NCBI GenBank assembly: GCA_965263035.1
Contig: OZ253580.1
Span: forward strand, 3,552,001-3,616,000
Direction of reading: 5' to 3'
DNA from: Acidobacteriota bacterium
GTDB lineage: Bacteria; Acidobacteriota; UBA6911; RPQK01; JAJDTT01
DNA: 64,000 nt
In this document: piece after piece, positions 1 through 10,500 of the stretch
Numbering within the stretch: position 1 is the stretch's first letter
How the letters are laid out: each line of letters opens with the position of its first letter
Translations under genes and position numbers: made by a program
Notes under the pieces: generated by a model
Told to the model about the DNA's origin: nothing
The model's database searches: none
Seen by the model: the letters and a program-made list of their open reading frames with translations, nothing else

Positions 1-741
1 CGGTCCGCCCGGCTCTTCCGGGAGGTGGGAGAGTTCCTGGAAGACGAGGGGCGAAAGGCGTTTGAGTCGTGCCGGGAGACGGAGGACCGCCGCGCCGGCG
101 GGGTCAGGCTCAAGGTGGAGACGCTTCTCGGTCTGGCCCCGGCTCTCAGAAAAGAGGTGATCCGGCATGCGGTGAGAACCTGCAAGGGGAATCTCCGGGG
201 CCTGGGCCTGGATCACGTCGACCGGGTTCTGGGCTTGGTCTCCGGACGAAGCGGACGGAGGATCCACCTGCCGGGGGAAATCGAGGCCAGCCTCGAATTC
301 GACCACTTGAGACTGGCAAGGCAGGTTCCGCCGGTCCGGTTCAGTCACCGGCTTCCGGTTCCCGGAGAGGTGGCCATCCCGGAGACGGGCCGGCACGTGG
401 TCTGCCGCCGTCTGACGGCGCCCGCCGGAGATACGGGCCAAGTGCTGCTTCGTTTCCCAGGATCCAGTCTGACGGTGCGGAACCGTTTGGAGGGGGACCG
501 GTATCCGAGTCCGAGCGGGAAGAAGCTGAAGCGGCTCTTCCTGCAGCACCGCATCCCCAGGAGCGCCCGCGACACCCTGGTGGTGGTGGAGGACGAAGGC
601 CGCCTGCTCTGGGTGGAGGGTCTTCCCGCGGACCCCCGGGTTCTGGCCGGTCCGGGCGAGAAGGAGGCTGTCCTGATTCACATACTGGATGAACCCCATG
701 CCGTGTCGATGGAACCCGGCAGAAGTAGCCGTCGTCTATAG
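1..741 (+). CDS. tilS: tRNA(Ile)-lysidine synthetase, C-terminal part (begins before the window)
   Basis: Frame is open from base 1. TilS C-terminal signatures (LTVRNRLEGDR, KKLKRLFLQHRIPRSARD) and the usual position upstream of ftsH. Confidence 0.85.
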   Translation, partial: RSARLFREVGEFLEDEGRKAFESCRETEDRRAGGVRLKVETLLGLAPALRKEVIRHAVRTCKGNLRGLGLDHVDRVLGLVSGRSGRRIHLPGEIEASLEFDHLRLARQVPPVRFSHRLPVPGEVAIPETGRHVVCRRLTAPAGDTGQVLLRFPGSSLTVRNRLEGDRYPSPSGKKLKRLFLQHRIPRSARDTLVVVEDEGRLLWVEGLPADPRVLAGPGEKEAVLIHILDEPHAVSMEPGRSSRRL

Positions 742-813
742 AGGAGCGTCGCTGGAACCCTGCGGACCATGATGAAACAATCGGCGGGCGTGTTCAGACC
801 CAGGGTATTTCCC

Positions 814-854
814 TATAATGGATAATGTGTCTGAAATAGTTGCGCCGCTGGAGG
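814..854 (+). promoter_or_regulatory. putative -10 box and RBS for ftsH
   Basis: TATAAT at 814-819 and GGAGG at 850-854 before the TTG start at 862. No convincing -35 box. Confidence 0.4.
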
Positions 855-861
855 TCCAGTC

Positions 862-2805
862 TTGAACACTACCGCAAGGAGCATCTTTCTCTGGGTGGTC
901 GTCATCGTGGCGGTGGTCGCTCTCTGGCAGTTCCTGAGCCAAGTCAAGAGCAGCGAAGTGGACCAGTTCAACTATTCCGAGTTCACTCGCAAGCTCACCG
1001 ACGGCGAGATTCAGCAGATCACCATGACCGGCAACAAGGTGGAGGGGAAGTATCTTTCCGCCGGATCCGACACACTCCGATCTTTCCGGGTCATCATCCC
1101 CAAGGGCTCGGAAGAGACCATCGCCAACCAACTGGACGCGAAAGGGGTCGAGGTCGAGGTCAACGAGAGCGAGCAGAGTTCATGGATCTACGTGATCTTG
1201 ACCTCCTGGTTTCCCATCATCCTTTTCCTGGCCTTCTGGATCTTCCTGATGCGTCAGATGCAGAGCGGCGGGAACAAAGCCCTGTCATTCGGCAAGAGCC
1301 GCGCCCGTCTTTCGAACAGCCAGCAGAAGAAGGTGACCTTCAAGGACGTGGCCGGCGTGGAGGAGGCCAAGGAAGAACTTCAGGAGATCATCGACTTTCT
1401 CAAGGAGCCCCAGAAATTCCAGAAGTTGGGGGGGCGACTTCCCAGGGGCGTGCTTCTGATGGGGCCTCCGGGAACGGGCAAGACCCTGCTGGCGCGGGCC
1501 ATCGCCGGCGAAGCCAGTGTGCCGTTCTTCAGCATCAGCGGTTCCGATTTCGTCGAGATGTTCGTGGGCGTGGGGGCCAGCCGGGTTCGAGACCTCTTCG
1601 AACAGGGGAAGAAGAACGCCCCTTGCATCATCTTCATCGATGAGATCGACGCCGTGGGCCGCCACCGGGGCGCCGGTCTGGGCGGCGGGCACGACGAGCG
1701 GGAGCAGACCCTGAACCAGCTCCTGGTGGAGATGGACGGTTTCGAGTCCAACGAAGGCGTCATCCTGATCGCGGCGACGAACCGCCCGGATGTGCTGGAC
1801 CCGGCACTGTTGCGTCCTGGAAGATTCGACCGGCAGGTGGTGGTCACTTTGCCGGACATCAAGGGCCGTGACGCCATCCTCAAGGTCCACATCCGGAAGA
1901 CCCCGCTGGCTGAAGACGTAGACCTCTCGGTGCTGGCCCGGGGAACCCCCGGGTTTTCGGGCGCCCAACTGGCCAACCTGGTCAACGAGGCGGCTCTCAA
2001 CGCGGCGCGATACGACCGCAAGGCCGTCAATATGGAGGACTTCGAGCAGGCCAAGGACAAGGTGCTCATGGGCAAGGAGCGCAAGTCCATGATCATGAAC
2101 GCCACGGAAAAGCGGAGCACCGCATTCCACGAGGCGGGGCACGCCCTCGTCGCCTACAAGCTGCCCGACGCCGATCCGCTGCACAAGGTCACCATCATTC
2201 CTCGTGGCCGCGCCCTCGGCGTTACCATGCAGTTGCCCGAGGAGGACAAGTACAACTACACCAAGGAATACATGGAGTCCTCCATCACCATTCTCATGGG
2301 TGGACGGGTGGCGGAGCTGATCTTCCTGGGAAGTTGTACCACCGGAGCGTCGAACGACCTGGAGCGATCCACCGACCTGGCCCGCAAGATGGTGTGCGAG
2401 TGGGGCATGAGCGAGGCGATGGGCCCCCTCACCTTTGGCAAGAAGGAAGAGCAGATCTTCCTGGGCCGGGAAATTGCCCAGCACCAGGACTACAGCGAGC
2501 AGACCGCCGTCAAGATCGACAAGGAGGTCGAGCGGCTGGTCCTGCACAGCTACGCCAGGGCCAAGGTGATCCTGGAGGCCAATCGGACGCCGTTGATCCG
2601 GCTGGCGGAGACGTTGCTGGAGTTCGAGACCCTGGACGGAGAAGAAGTCGAAGCCGTCGTCAAGGGCCGGAAGATCCGCCTTCCCGCGAAGAAGCCAACG
2701 CCTCCGGCCCAGATTGAGGCGGAGGAGCCTGCCGAGCGGCAGGAGAAGGCCGCTTCCTCCCTGCCTTCCCTGGTGAAACCGGAAGAGCGTCCGGCAACAG
2801 CCTGA
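862..2805 (+). CDS. ftsH: ATP-dependent zinc metalloprotease FtsH
   Basis: Two N-terminal TM segments, Walker A GPPGTGKT, Walker [31 protein letters not shown], zinc motif HEAGH. Confidence 0.98.
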   Translation: MNTTARSIFLWVVVIVAVVALWQFLSQVKSSEVDQFNYSEFTRKLTDGEIQQITMTGNKVEGKYLSAGSDTLRSFRVIIPKGSEETIANQLDAKGVEVEVNESEQSSWIYVILTSWFPIILFLAFWIFLMRQMQSGGNKALSFGKSRARLSNSQQKKVTFKDVAGVEEAKEELQEIIDFLKEPQKFQKLGGRLPRGVLLMGPPGTGKTLLARAIAGEASVPFFSISGSDFVEMFVGVGASRVRDLFEQGKKNAPCIIFIDEIDAVGRHRGAGLGGGHDEREQTLNQLLVEMDGFESNEGVILIAATNRPDVLDPALLRPGRFDRQVVVTLPDIKGRDAILKVHIRKTPLAEDVDLSVLARGTPGFSGAQLANLVNEAALNAARYDRKAVNMEDFEQAKDKVLMGKERKSMIMNATEKRSTAFHEAGHALVAYKLPDADPLHKVTIIPRGRALGVTMQLPEEDKYNYTKEYMESSITILMGGRVAELIFLGSCTTGASNDLERSTDLARKMVCEWGMSEAMGPLTFGKKEEQIFLGREIAQHQDYSEQTAVKIDKEVERLVLHSYARAKVILEANRTPLIRLAETLLEFETLDGEEVEAVVKGRKIRLPAKKPTPPAQIEAEEPAERQEKAASSLPSLVKPEERPATA

Positions 2806-2895
2806 TTCCTTCCAGCCGCTCCCGGCAGGGCGAGCGTGCAGTCTGGAGACGCGCCGGTTTTTTTCTCCCGTCGGCGCCAGCCCCATTTTTCTTGC

Positions 2896-3789
2896 ATGCG
2901 AGAAAGTCGGCCAGAAAGCGCAATCGGAAACGGCCGGAAATACTTCACGCTGAGAGCCCGGGACAGGAGTCTGGAGTTGGGTCCAACTACCCGGACCATG
3001 GCGGTGATCAACGTCACCCCCGACTCCTTTTTCGACGGCGGCAAGTTCCTCGATCCGAACAGAGCCGTGGACCGTTGTCTGGAGTTGGCGGACCAGGGCG
3101 CGGACATTTTAGACATCGGCGGCGAGTCCACCCGCCCGGGCGTGTCTCCGATCTCGGCCGAAGAAGAGTTGGACCGAGTGCTGCCGGTCCTGGAGGGAAT
3201 CCGAGGCCGGACTTCCTGTCTCGTCTCCATCGACACCTACAAGTCGCAGGTGGCTCGGGCGTCCCTGGACGCAGGCGCCCATATCGTCAACAACGTCGGC
3301 GCGCTGCAGTTGGATCCGGATGTGGCCGAGATTGCGGGAAGGACCGGTGCCGCCATCGTGCTCATGCACATGCGGGGAACACCGCGAACCATGCAGACCC
3401 TGCCTCCCAGCCGGGACATTCTGAAGGAGATCGAGCAGAGTCTGGCCCACGCGGTGGACCTTGCGGACGGCCACGGGATTTCTCGTGATAGAATCATTCT
3501 CGACCCCGGAATCGGGTTTGGTAAAACAGTAGAAGACAACCTCAAGGTTCTGAATCGGTTATCGCGGTTGGGCAAGCTCCGGTTGCCGATTCTGGTGGGT
3601 ACGTCCCGAAAGAGCTTTCTCGGCAAAATCCTCGACCTCCCGGTGCAGGAGAGGCTGCTGGCCACGGCGGCTTCGGTGGTCATGGCGGTGGTCAGAGGAG
3701 CCCACATCGTGAGGGTCCACGATCTGAATGAGATGGTCTACGCGCTCCGCATAGCCGACTCGATACTGGGTGAAAGGAGAATCAGCTGA
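2896..3789 (+). CDS. folP: dihydropteroate synthase
   Basis: INVTPDSFFDGG, DIGGESTRPG, DPGIGFGK, SRKSF and RVHD motifs. Start uncertain (2836, 2896 or 2998). Confidence 0.95.
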   Translation: MRESRPESAIGNGRKYFTLRARDRSLELGPTTRTMAVINVTPDSFFDGGKFLDPNRAVDRCLELADQGADILDIGGESTRPGVSPISAEEELDRVLPVLEGIRGRTSCLVSIDTYKSQVARASLDAGAHIVNNVGALQLDPDVAEIAGRTGAAIVLMHMRGTPRTMQTLPPSRDILKEIEQSLAHAVDLADGHGISRDRIILDPGIGFGKTVEDNLKVLNRLSRLGKLRLPILVGTSRKSFLGKILDLPVQERLLATAASVVMAVVRGAHIVRVHDLNEMVYALRIADSILGERRIS

Positions 3790-3790
3790 G

Positions 3791-4597
3791 GTGGATGCAT
3801 TCTCCACCATTTTTGACCTGGGTGTTCGGGATCTGGTCGACATCCTGGTCGTGGCCGTCCTCATCTACTACATCCTGCTGTTGGTCAAGGGCACCCGCGG
3901 CTTGCAGATCACGCTGGGGGTCATGGGCCTTCTGGTGGTCTACTATCTGGCCCGGGTCTTGGAGCTGCAGATGGTGGAGACCCTGTTCTCCACCTTCTTC
4001 ATCAACTTCATCCTGGCCGCCATCATCATCTATCAGCAGGAGATTCGCCGGGGACTGGCGGCTTTGGGAAGAGGAAGGTTTTTCCGCCCGTGGTTCACGT
4101 CGGCTCAGCGGGCCAACCTAGAGGGATTGATGGCGACGGTGGCCCACTTGTCCCGGAAAAAAACCGGGGCGTTGATGGTTCTGGAGCGGGAAATAGGCCT
4201 CCGCAACTACATCGAGACGGGAATCAAGCTGGACGCCCTGCTCGGACATGACTTGCTGGTGAGCATTTTCACTCCGGCGTGTCCGCTCCACGATGGAGCC
4301 GTGATCGTTCAGGCCGACCGAATCGCCGCGGCGGGCTGTTACCTTCCCCTGACCACCAGCCCGGAGCCTAGTCGTCGTTGGGGCAGCCGTCACCGCGCCG
4401 GCCTCGGGATCTCGGAGGAAACCGACGCCATTTCCATTATCGTCTCCGAGGAGACCGGCCGGATCTCGATTGCGTTCCAGGGAAATCTGATCCAGGACCT
4501 GGAGGGTCCGAAGCTGCTGGCGCTGCTGCGTGAGTTGATGGGAACTCGCCGGAGTCCATCCGCTCAAGCGGCCCAGAGGAGTCCCAAGCCCGCATGA
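3791..4597 (+). CDS. cdaA: diadenylate cyclase CdaA (DacA)
   Basis: Three N-terminal TM helices and the DAC catalytic motifs LHDGA and GSRHRAG. GTG start chosen downstream of AGGAGA; the ORF track starts at 3770. Confidence 0.93.
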   Translation: MDAFSTIFDLGVRDLVDILVVAVLIYYILLLVKGTRGLQITLGVMGLLVVYYLARVLELQMVETLFSTFFINFILAAIIIYQQEIRRGLAALGRGRFFRPWFTSAQRANLEGLMATVAHLSRKKTGALMVLEREIGLRNYIETGIKLDALLGHDLLVSIFTPACPLHDGAVIVQADRIAAAGCYLPLTTSPEPSRRWGSRHRAGLGISEETDAISIIVSEETGRISIAFQGNLIQDLEGPKLLALLRELMGTRRSPSAQAAQRSPKPA

Positions 4598-5541
4598 CTC
4601 GTCCGCGTCATTGGATCCTGAACAATCCCAGCCTGAAGTTGATCTCTCTGGGCCTTTCCTTTCTGCTCTGGAATCTGTTGGGGGTCAAGGACGAGGTCAT
4701 CCGGGTCGTGACGGTCCCGGTCCAGTTCGTCAACTTGGCGCCGGACCTGGCCATCTCCACCGACTACCAGCGGCAGGTGGAGGTGGCCATCCGTTCGCGC
4801 CGCAGAATCGCCGTCGAGGAGGCAGAAAGCCGAATGTCGGCTGAAATCGATCTCCAGACCATGGTGGCCGGCAACGTCCAGATTTCCCTGACCGAGCGCA
4901 ATATCAGCAACCGTCCGGTCGGTGTGGAGGTCTTGAGCATTGCGCCCAACCCGCTCCAGTTGGAGTTGGAACAGATCCACGACAAGATGGTGGAAGTTCG
5001 GCCCCGGTTGGAGGGTGAGCCGGTGGAAGGGTACGAACTGGTTGAAGTCCTCAACTCACCCCGGCAGGTACGGATATCGGGTGTAGAGGCAGAGTTGGCC
5101 AAGGTTTCCACCATTTCGACCGAACCGTTGGACATTTCCGGTCGTTCCTCGGGGTTCGACGCGGAGGTCGACCTGGACCCACCGAGTCCGCGCCTCAGGA
5201 TCGATAGTGGTTCGCCCGTAATCTTGCAGCTCCTGATCGAGGAAAAAAGACGCAAGCTGACGCTGACCCGTGTCCCCGTGGAATTGGAGCCTCCGAGAGA
5301 CGGGACCAGTCTCGTGACCCGCTCGTTGAAACTGGTCGTGTCGGTGCCCATCTCCTTCGAAGGCGAGGTTTCCAGCACGGATTTTCGGGCCCGGGTGGCG
5401 GCGGACGACCTCCAGCCCAGCCGGCAGCCCTACGAGATTCTTCCCGAAATCGTGACGGTCTCCGAGGTGGAAGACTTGGAAGACCTCTACCGGGTGGAGT
5501 CGATGGAGCCGGAACAAGTCAAGGTCCGGGTCAGGCGTTAG
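4594..5541 (+). CDS. cdaR: YbbR-domain CdaA regulator CdaR
   Basis: N-terminal NxxLKLISL anchor and beta-rich YbbR-like repeats. ATGA overlap with cdaA; lies between cdaA and glmM. Confidence 0.85.
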   Translation: MTRPRHWILNNPSLKLISLGLSFLLWNLLGVKDEVIRVVTVPVQFVNLAPDLAISTDYQRQVEVAIRSRRRIAVEEAESRMSAEIDLQTMVAGNVQISLTERNISNRPVGVEVLSIAPNPLQLELEQIHDKMVEVRPRLEGEPVEGYELVEVLNSPRQVRISGVEAELAKVSTISTEPLDISGRSSGFDAEVDLDPPSPRLRIDSGSPVILQLLIEEKRRKLTLTRVPVELEPPRDGTSLVTRSLKLVVSVPISFEGEVSSTDFRARVAADDLQPSRQPYEILPEIVTVSEVEDLEDLYRVESMEPEQVKVRVRR

Positions 5542-5665
5542 CCTGTATTTCCCGCCGCACGCTCTGGGTCCGGGAGACCTCGACGAATCACCGTTCAAGG
5601 AACTGAAGATGAGATCGGTTTCGTTGTATGGCCGGCGATTCGGCAAGTAATGCGGACTAGTTCGA

Positions 5666-7057
5666 ATGTCCAGCCTCTTCGGGACCGACGGAATTCGAGG
5701 AGTGGCGAGCGAGCCTCCTCTCGACCCCGCGACTGTTTTTCGAATCGGCCGGTGCCTCGCCCTCCAAGGGTTCCGGTCAGTGGTGGTAGGACGGGACACT
5801 CGAGAGAGTGGCCCCTGGATCGAAGAGGCCTTGATCCGGGGTCTCTCGAGCGCCGGTGCCCGGGTGACCTCTGCTGGAGTGCTGCCGACTCCCGCCATCT
5901 CCGTGCTCTGCCGGGATTCGAAATTCGACGCCGGCGTCGTTGTTTCGGCCTCTCACAACGTCTACAGCGACAACGGTCTGAAATTCTTCACGGAGCGGGG
6001 GCGGAAGCTGTCGCGCGGTCAAGAGCTGGCGCTCGAAACGCTTCTGGAGGCGGAAAATGCCTTTTCCCCCGTGCCGCGCCCTACCTGTTCGAATCCGCCG
6101 GCGTTGATCCGGACCGATCCCGACTGTCTCGGGACGTACTCCGGGTTTCTGCGGTCGTCCCTGGAAGTGGAGAGTCTGGAGCCCCTGAAGCTGGTTCTGG
6201 ATTGCGCTTCCGGAGCCGCTTCCCAGGTGGCGCCCCGGCTCTTCAGTGACCTTGGGGCTCGAGTTACTGTGATCGATGCCCCACCCGACGGCCGAAACAT
6301 CAATCGAGATTGTGGGGCGGTCCATCCCCAGCGCATGGCTCGAGCCGTGATGAGAACAGAGGCCGACCTCGGCGCCGCCTTCGACGGAGACGCAGACCGA
6401 GCCATCCTTGCCGATCACCATGGTCGGCTCCTGACCGGGGATCACATCCTCTATGTTCTGGCCAGGCACCTGCTGGAGCGAAACCTCCTGCCCACCCGAC
6501 GCGTCGTCGCCACCATCATGTCCAACCTGGGCCTGGAGGTCGCCCTGGCTAACCTGGACGTGGATTTGGTCCGTACTCAAGTCGGAGACAGAAACGTTCT
6601 GGAGTCCATGTTGGAGGAAGGAGACTCTCTGGGTGGGGAGCCTTCGGGCCACATTATTCTCGGTGAGCACTCACTGGCGGGAGACGGTATCCTGACCACC
6701 CTGAAGATCGCTCAGGTCCTGCTCCTGGAGCGGCGTTCGCTGCCCCAGTTGAGTGCCGGCCTGAGACTCCGCCCGCAGGTTCTCCGAAGCGTATCCGTGG
6801 GAAGGCGGGGGCGGGACCTTCTGGAAGATCGGAAGGTCCGGGGTCGAATCGAATCCGTTCAAGAGTCCTTGCAGGGCAAGGGCCGGATCCTGGTGCGCTG
6901 CTCCGGTACCGAACCGGTGGTCAGGATCATGGCGGAGGGAGAGGATCGGGAGCATCTGGAAGAATGCGTGGAAGGAATTGCCGCGCAGATCCGGCGCTCC
7001 CGGGCACGGCTGGCGGTTCCGGACGACACCAGCCCGAATTTCCCACCAGGTCGCTGA
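5666..7057 (+). CDS. glmM: phosphoglucosamine mutase
   Basis: FGTDGIRG, phosphoserine motif SASHN, metal loop DGDADR, GGEPSGH and RCSGTEPVVRIM. Follows cdaA-cdaR. Confidence 0.93.
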   Translation: MSSLFGTDGIRGVASEPPLDPATVFRIGRCLALQGFRSVVVGRDTRESGPWIEEALIRGLSSAGARVTSAGVLPTPAISVLCRDSKFDAGVVVSASHNVYSDNGLKFFTERGRKLSRGQELALETLLEAENAFSPVPRPTCSNPPALIRTDPDCLGTYSGFLRSSLEVESLEPLKLVLDCASGAASQVAPRLFSDLGARVTVIDAPPDGRNINRDCGAVHPQRMARAVMRTEADLGAAFDGDADRAILADHHGRLLTGDHILYVLARHLLERNLLPTRRVVATIMSNLGLEVALANLDVDLVRTQVGDRNVLESMLEEGDSLGGEPSGHIILGEHSLAGDGILTTLKIAQVLLLERRSLPQLSAGLRLRPQVLRSVSVGRRGRDLLEDRKVRGRIESVQESLQGKGRILVRCSGTEPVVRIMAEGEDREHLEECVEGIAAQIRRSRARLAVPDDTSPNFPPGR

Positions 7058-7151
7058 GCCTATGATGAAAATGGTCTACTCCTTAGGCATTTACGAGATC
7101 TTTTTCGAAGTCTCCCAAGTACCGGCGGCGCTGGACGCGCCCTCGCTGGTC

Positions 7152-7271
7152 TTTTCGCCCTCAGCGTGTACATGCTCCCTCAAACGCAGTCCCGGCTACG
7201 CTTGCGGTCGCGAGCACCCGCTGAGGGCGAAAATCCTGCGCGATCATCGCGCCTCCTGGTGAGAAATGCGG
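7152..7271. repeat. palindromic REP/MITE-like element ending at a CTAG
   Basis: Perfect 15-bp inverted repeat TTTTCGCCCTCAGCG (7152-7166) / CGCTGAGGGCGAAAA (7219-7233). The segment runs up to CTAG 7272-7275; its left end is unclear. Confidence 0.55.
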
Positions 7272-7275
7272 CTAG

Positions 7276-7384
7276 GAGGCTGTCCGAGAACTCGAAAAAT
7301 CATAGTTTTTGAAAACTTAACCCTTTATAAATCAGTAGTTTACAAACAAGACTTTTTGAAAATAGTCTATTCTCGGACAGCCTC
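7276..7384. mobile_element. MITE-like element A (109 bp, AT-rich core)
   Basis: Perfect 15-bp terminal inverted repeats GAGGCTGTCCGAGAA / TTCTCGGACAGCCTC, flanked by CTAG at 7272-7275 and 7385-7388. Confidence 0.85.
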
Positions 7385-7388
7385 CTAG

Positions 7389-7547
7389 GAGTCTGCGCGG
7401 TAGGAATGATCGTAGCGAGAAAGTGGAGAATCGAGGCCAGATTTTCTCGATTTGGAGGTGCATAGTTGTTCTATTCGCCGAGAAATCGGGGAAATATGGA
7501 CCGATTCTACCGCTTTCGCAGTAGATCAATTTCTGCCGCGCAGGCTC
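7389..7547. mobile_element. MITE-like element B, copy 1 (159 bp)
   Basis: Imperfect TIRs GAGTCTGCGCGGTAG / CTGCCGCGCAGGCTC with CTAG on both sides. Near-identical reverse-complement copies at 32517 and 36703. Confidence 0.9.
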
Positions 7548-7566
7548 CTAGACGGCAGGAGCGGTC

Positions 7567-10500
7567 GTGAATCGAGATTCGTCACTGCAACCATCCCCGG
7601 CGACCTCGAGCCCAGAGTCTCCTGCAGCTGCAAACCTGTTCGAGACTCTGGCTGAGAAAGCCCTCCGGAACCGGCGGCTCGAGGGCCTGCACGGAGCCGA
7701 TTCGGCCTTGGTGCTGGCTTCGATCTATCGAAGAGATCCCGGCTTCTATCTCTGGTTGTGTCCGCGCAATCGGGATTTGGAGACCATGGCGGCGAATCTT
7801 CGGCTGTTCCTGCCCCAGGAGTGCCGGGATCAGGTCCTGCTTCTTCCCGGTTCCGAAGCGGACCCCTATCGCGGACTGTCTCCCCACCCCGAGATCGCGG
7901 CAGCTCGAGCCGTCGCTCTCTGGAGGATACTCCGCTGGAACCAGGGATTGATCCTGACGACCCTGTCCGCCCTGACACCCCGGCTTCCCTCTCCCCAGGC
8001 CTTCATGAGCCAGTGTCTCGACCTGGAGGTGGGAAGGTTCTTCCCCCCCGATCACCTGACCCGAACCCTGGACCAAGTGGGCTACGTGCGGGAAGATCCG
8101 GTCAGCACCGTAGGGGAGTACTCCATACGGGGTGGCATCATCGACGTCTTCCCTCCGTCGGCTTCGGCTCCGGTCCGCATCGAATTCTTCGGAGACGAGA
8201 TCGAATCGATTCGCGAATTCGATCCGACGTCACAGCGCTCGGTAGCGCTGGTGCCCGGATGCCGTGTGGTCCCCATGAGAGAGCTGGCCGTGACCCCCCG
8301 AGACATCTCCCGTTGGCACCGCGAAGCTCCGGATCACTGGTCGGAAGTTCGATTCGCGCAGGCCCTGGAGGAAAGACTCCAGTTCACGGCCAACGGTGAA
8401 CTCTTCAACGGGTTCGAGGCGTTGTTTCCCCTCGTGGTCCGGACCCGGCATCATCTGCTGGACTACGTCCAAGCGGAAGGCAGATCTGCCCCTGCGCTGG
8501 TCCTGTCCGATTGGGATGAACTCCGGAATGAGCACGGGAAGACTCAGGAAGGATGGGAGCAGAGCTATCAAGAGCGGACGGCCGACGGAGATCTCGCCCT
8601 GCCGCGGGACCGGCTGTATTGGTCCGCGGAGGCGGTGGAGGGCTGGACGAAACAGCATCCGACCTTCTACCTGAACCGGCTCTTTCAGGACCGGGGAGGG
8701 ACAGAGCGATTCGATTTCCGGGCCGAACGGCAGTACTCGGGTCAGCTTCGCGGGTTGTTGGCCGACCTTGAGGAGTGGACCAGGCGAGAACGGGTCGTCT
8801 TTGTGATGAAGACGCCGGGGATGGTTGACCGACTGGTCGATATCTTTCGCGAGTACGATATTCACCTGCATCGTGCTTCCGGGTTCGGTAGCGCCCTGGA
8901 TCACCGGACCGCCGTGATCCAGGGACGACTTTCGCAAGGATTCCACTCGCCCGGTCTGGGTCTGCACCTGTTGGGCGAGGAGAACCTTTTCGCCGAGAGC
9001 CTCCTGAAACCCGCACCTCCCCGGACCAGGCCCGACCTGGCCGCCAGCTTTCTCTCCGACTTCCGGGATCTGAAGTCCGGCGACTACGTGGTTCACATCG
9101 ATCATGGAATCGGTCTCTTCCAGGGACTTCGGTCGCTGGGTGTCGGCGGCGACGCCCGGGAGTTCCTGGTGGTCAGCTTCCAGGGTGACGACAAGCTGTA
9201 CGTCCCCGCGGATCGGCTGGATCAACTGCAGAAATATCGCAGTTCCGGCGAGTCCAGACCGCGGCTGGATCGTTTGGGGGGCGCCTCCTGGCACAAGACC
9301 AAGAAACGAATCAAGAAATCCATGCGGCGTATGGCCCAGGATCTACTCAAGTTGTACGCGCAACGGGAGGTGGCCCGGGGGCATGTCTTCCCGGAGGACG
9401 ACGCCTTGGCCAGGGAGTTCGAGTCGGCTTTCCCCTATGAGGAAACCCCCGACCAGGCTGCCGCCATCGAGGCCGTCAAGAAGGACATGATGGCGTCGCG
9501 TCCCATGGATCGCCTGATCTGTGGAGACGTGGGATACGGAAAGACCGAAGTGGCCATGAGAGCCGCCTTCCGGGCGGTCAACGACAGCAAGCAGGTTGCC
9601 GTCCTGACCCCCACGACCATCCTGGCGCTGCAGCACTTCAGCACCTTTCGCGAGCGCTTCAAGGGGTTTCCCGTCTCCATCGGGATGATCAGCCGCCTTC
9701 GCAACCGCAGCCAGCAACGAGAGATCCTGGAGAACACGGAATCGGGGAAGACCGACATTCTCATCGGAACCCACCGGCTCCTCTCCCGGGACGTCCGGTT
9801 CCGCGACCTGGGTCTCATCGTGGTGGACGAGGAGCAACGGTTCGGAGTCGCCCAGAAGGAGCGGCTCAAGCAGCTGAAGACCCGCGTGGAGGTGCTCAAT
9901 CTCTCGGCAACGCCGATTCCTCGCACTCTGAGCATGTCGCTGACGGGTGTACGCGATCTCTCCATCATCGAGACGCCTCCCAAGGACCGTTTGTCCATTC
10001 AGACCGCCGTGGTCAGGTTCAGCCGGTCGCTGATCCGCACCGCCATCGACCTGGAACTGAAGCGCCAGGGACAGATCTTCATAGTCCATAACTCGGTGGA
10101 GACCATCTACACCATCGCGCGCATGGTCCAGGAGACGGTGCCCGAAGCTCGCGTCGCGGTTGGGCACGGCCAGATGAGGGCGAATCAGCTGGAGAAGATC
10201 ATGCTGGATTTCCTCGACTATCGCTACGACGTGCTGGTCGCCACCACCATTATCGAAAACGGCCTGGACATCCCCCGGGCCAATACTCTCCTGGTGAACC
10301 AGGCCCACCGGTTCGGACTCGCCCAGCTCTACCAGCTCAGGGGCCGGGTCGGCCGCTCCAATCGCAGGGCCTACGCCTATCTGCTCATTCCCTCCGAGGA
10401 AACTCTGAGCACCGACGCCGCCAGACGCCTTGCGGCAATCCGGGAATTCAGCGACCTGGGTTCCGGATTTCGCATCGCCGCCATGGATCTGGAGATCCGC

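Noticed and set aside
1285-2886. Long antisense ORFs (also 9343-10968, 14526-16427, 38615-40831, 45057-47153 and others)
   Set aside because: Shadow frames opposite well-supported genes, expected from GC-rich codon bias; no recognisable motifs.
7332-7529. Repeated small ORF (also 36700-37047 and the tail of 31998-32738) as a protein family
   Set aside because: It is the translation of element B, with different starts and ends in each copy. Not called as a CDS; the open frame is noted as a finding.
7272-7551. CRISPR array or integron attC cassettes
   Set aside because: No constant direct repeat with regular spacers, no cas or integrase gene, and the ends do not fit RYYYAAC/GTTRRRY.
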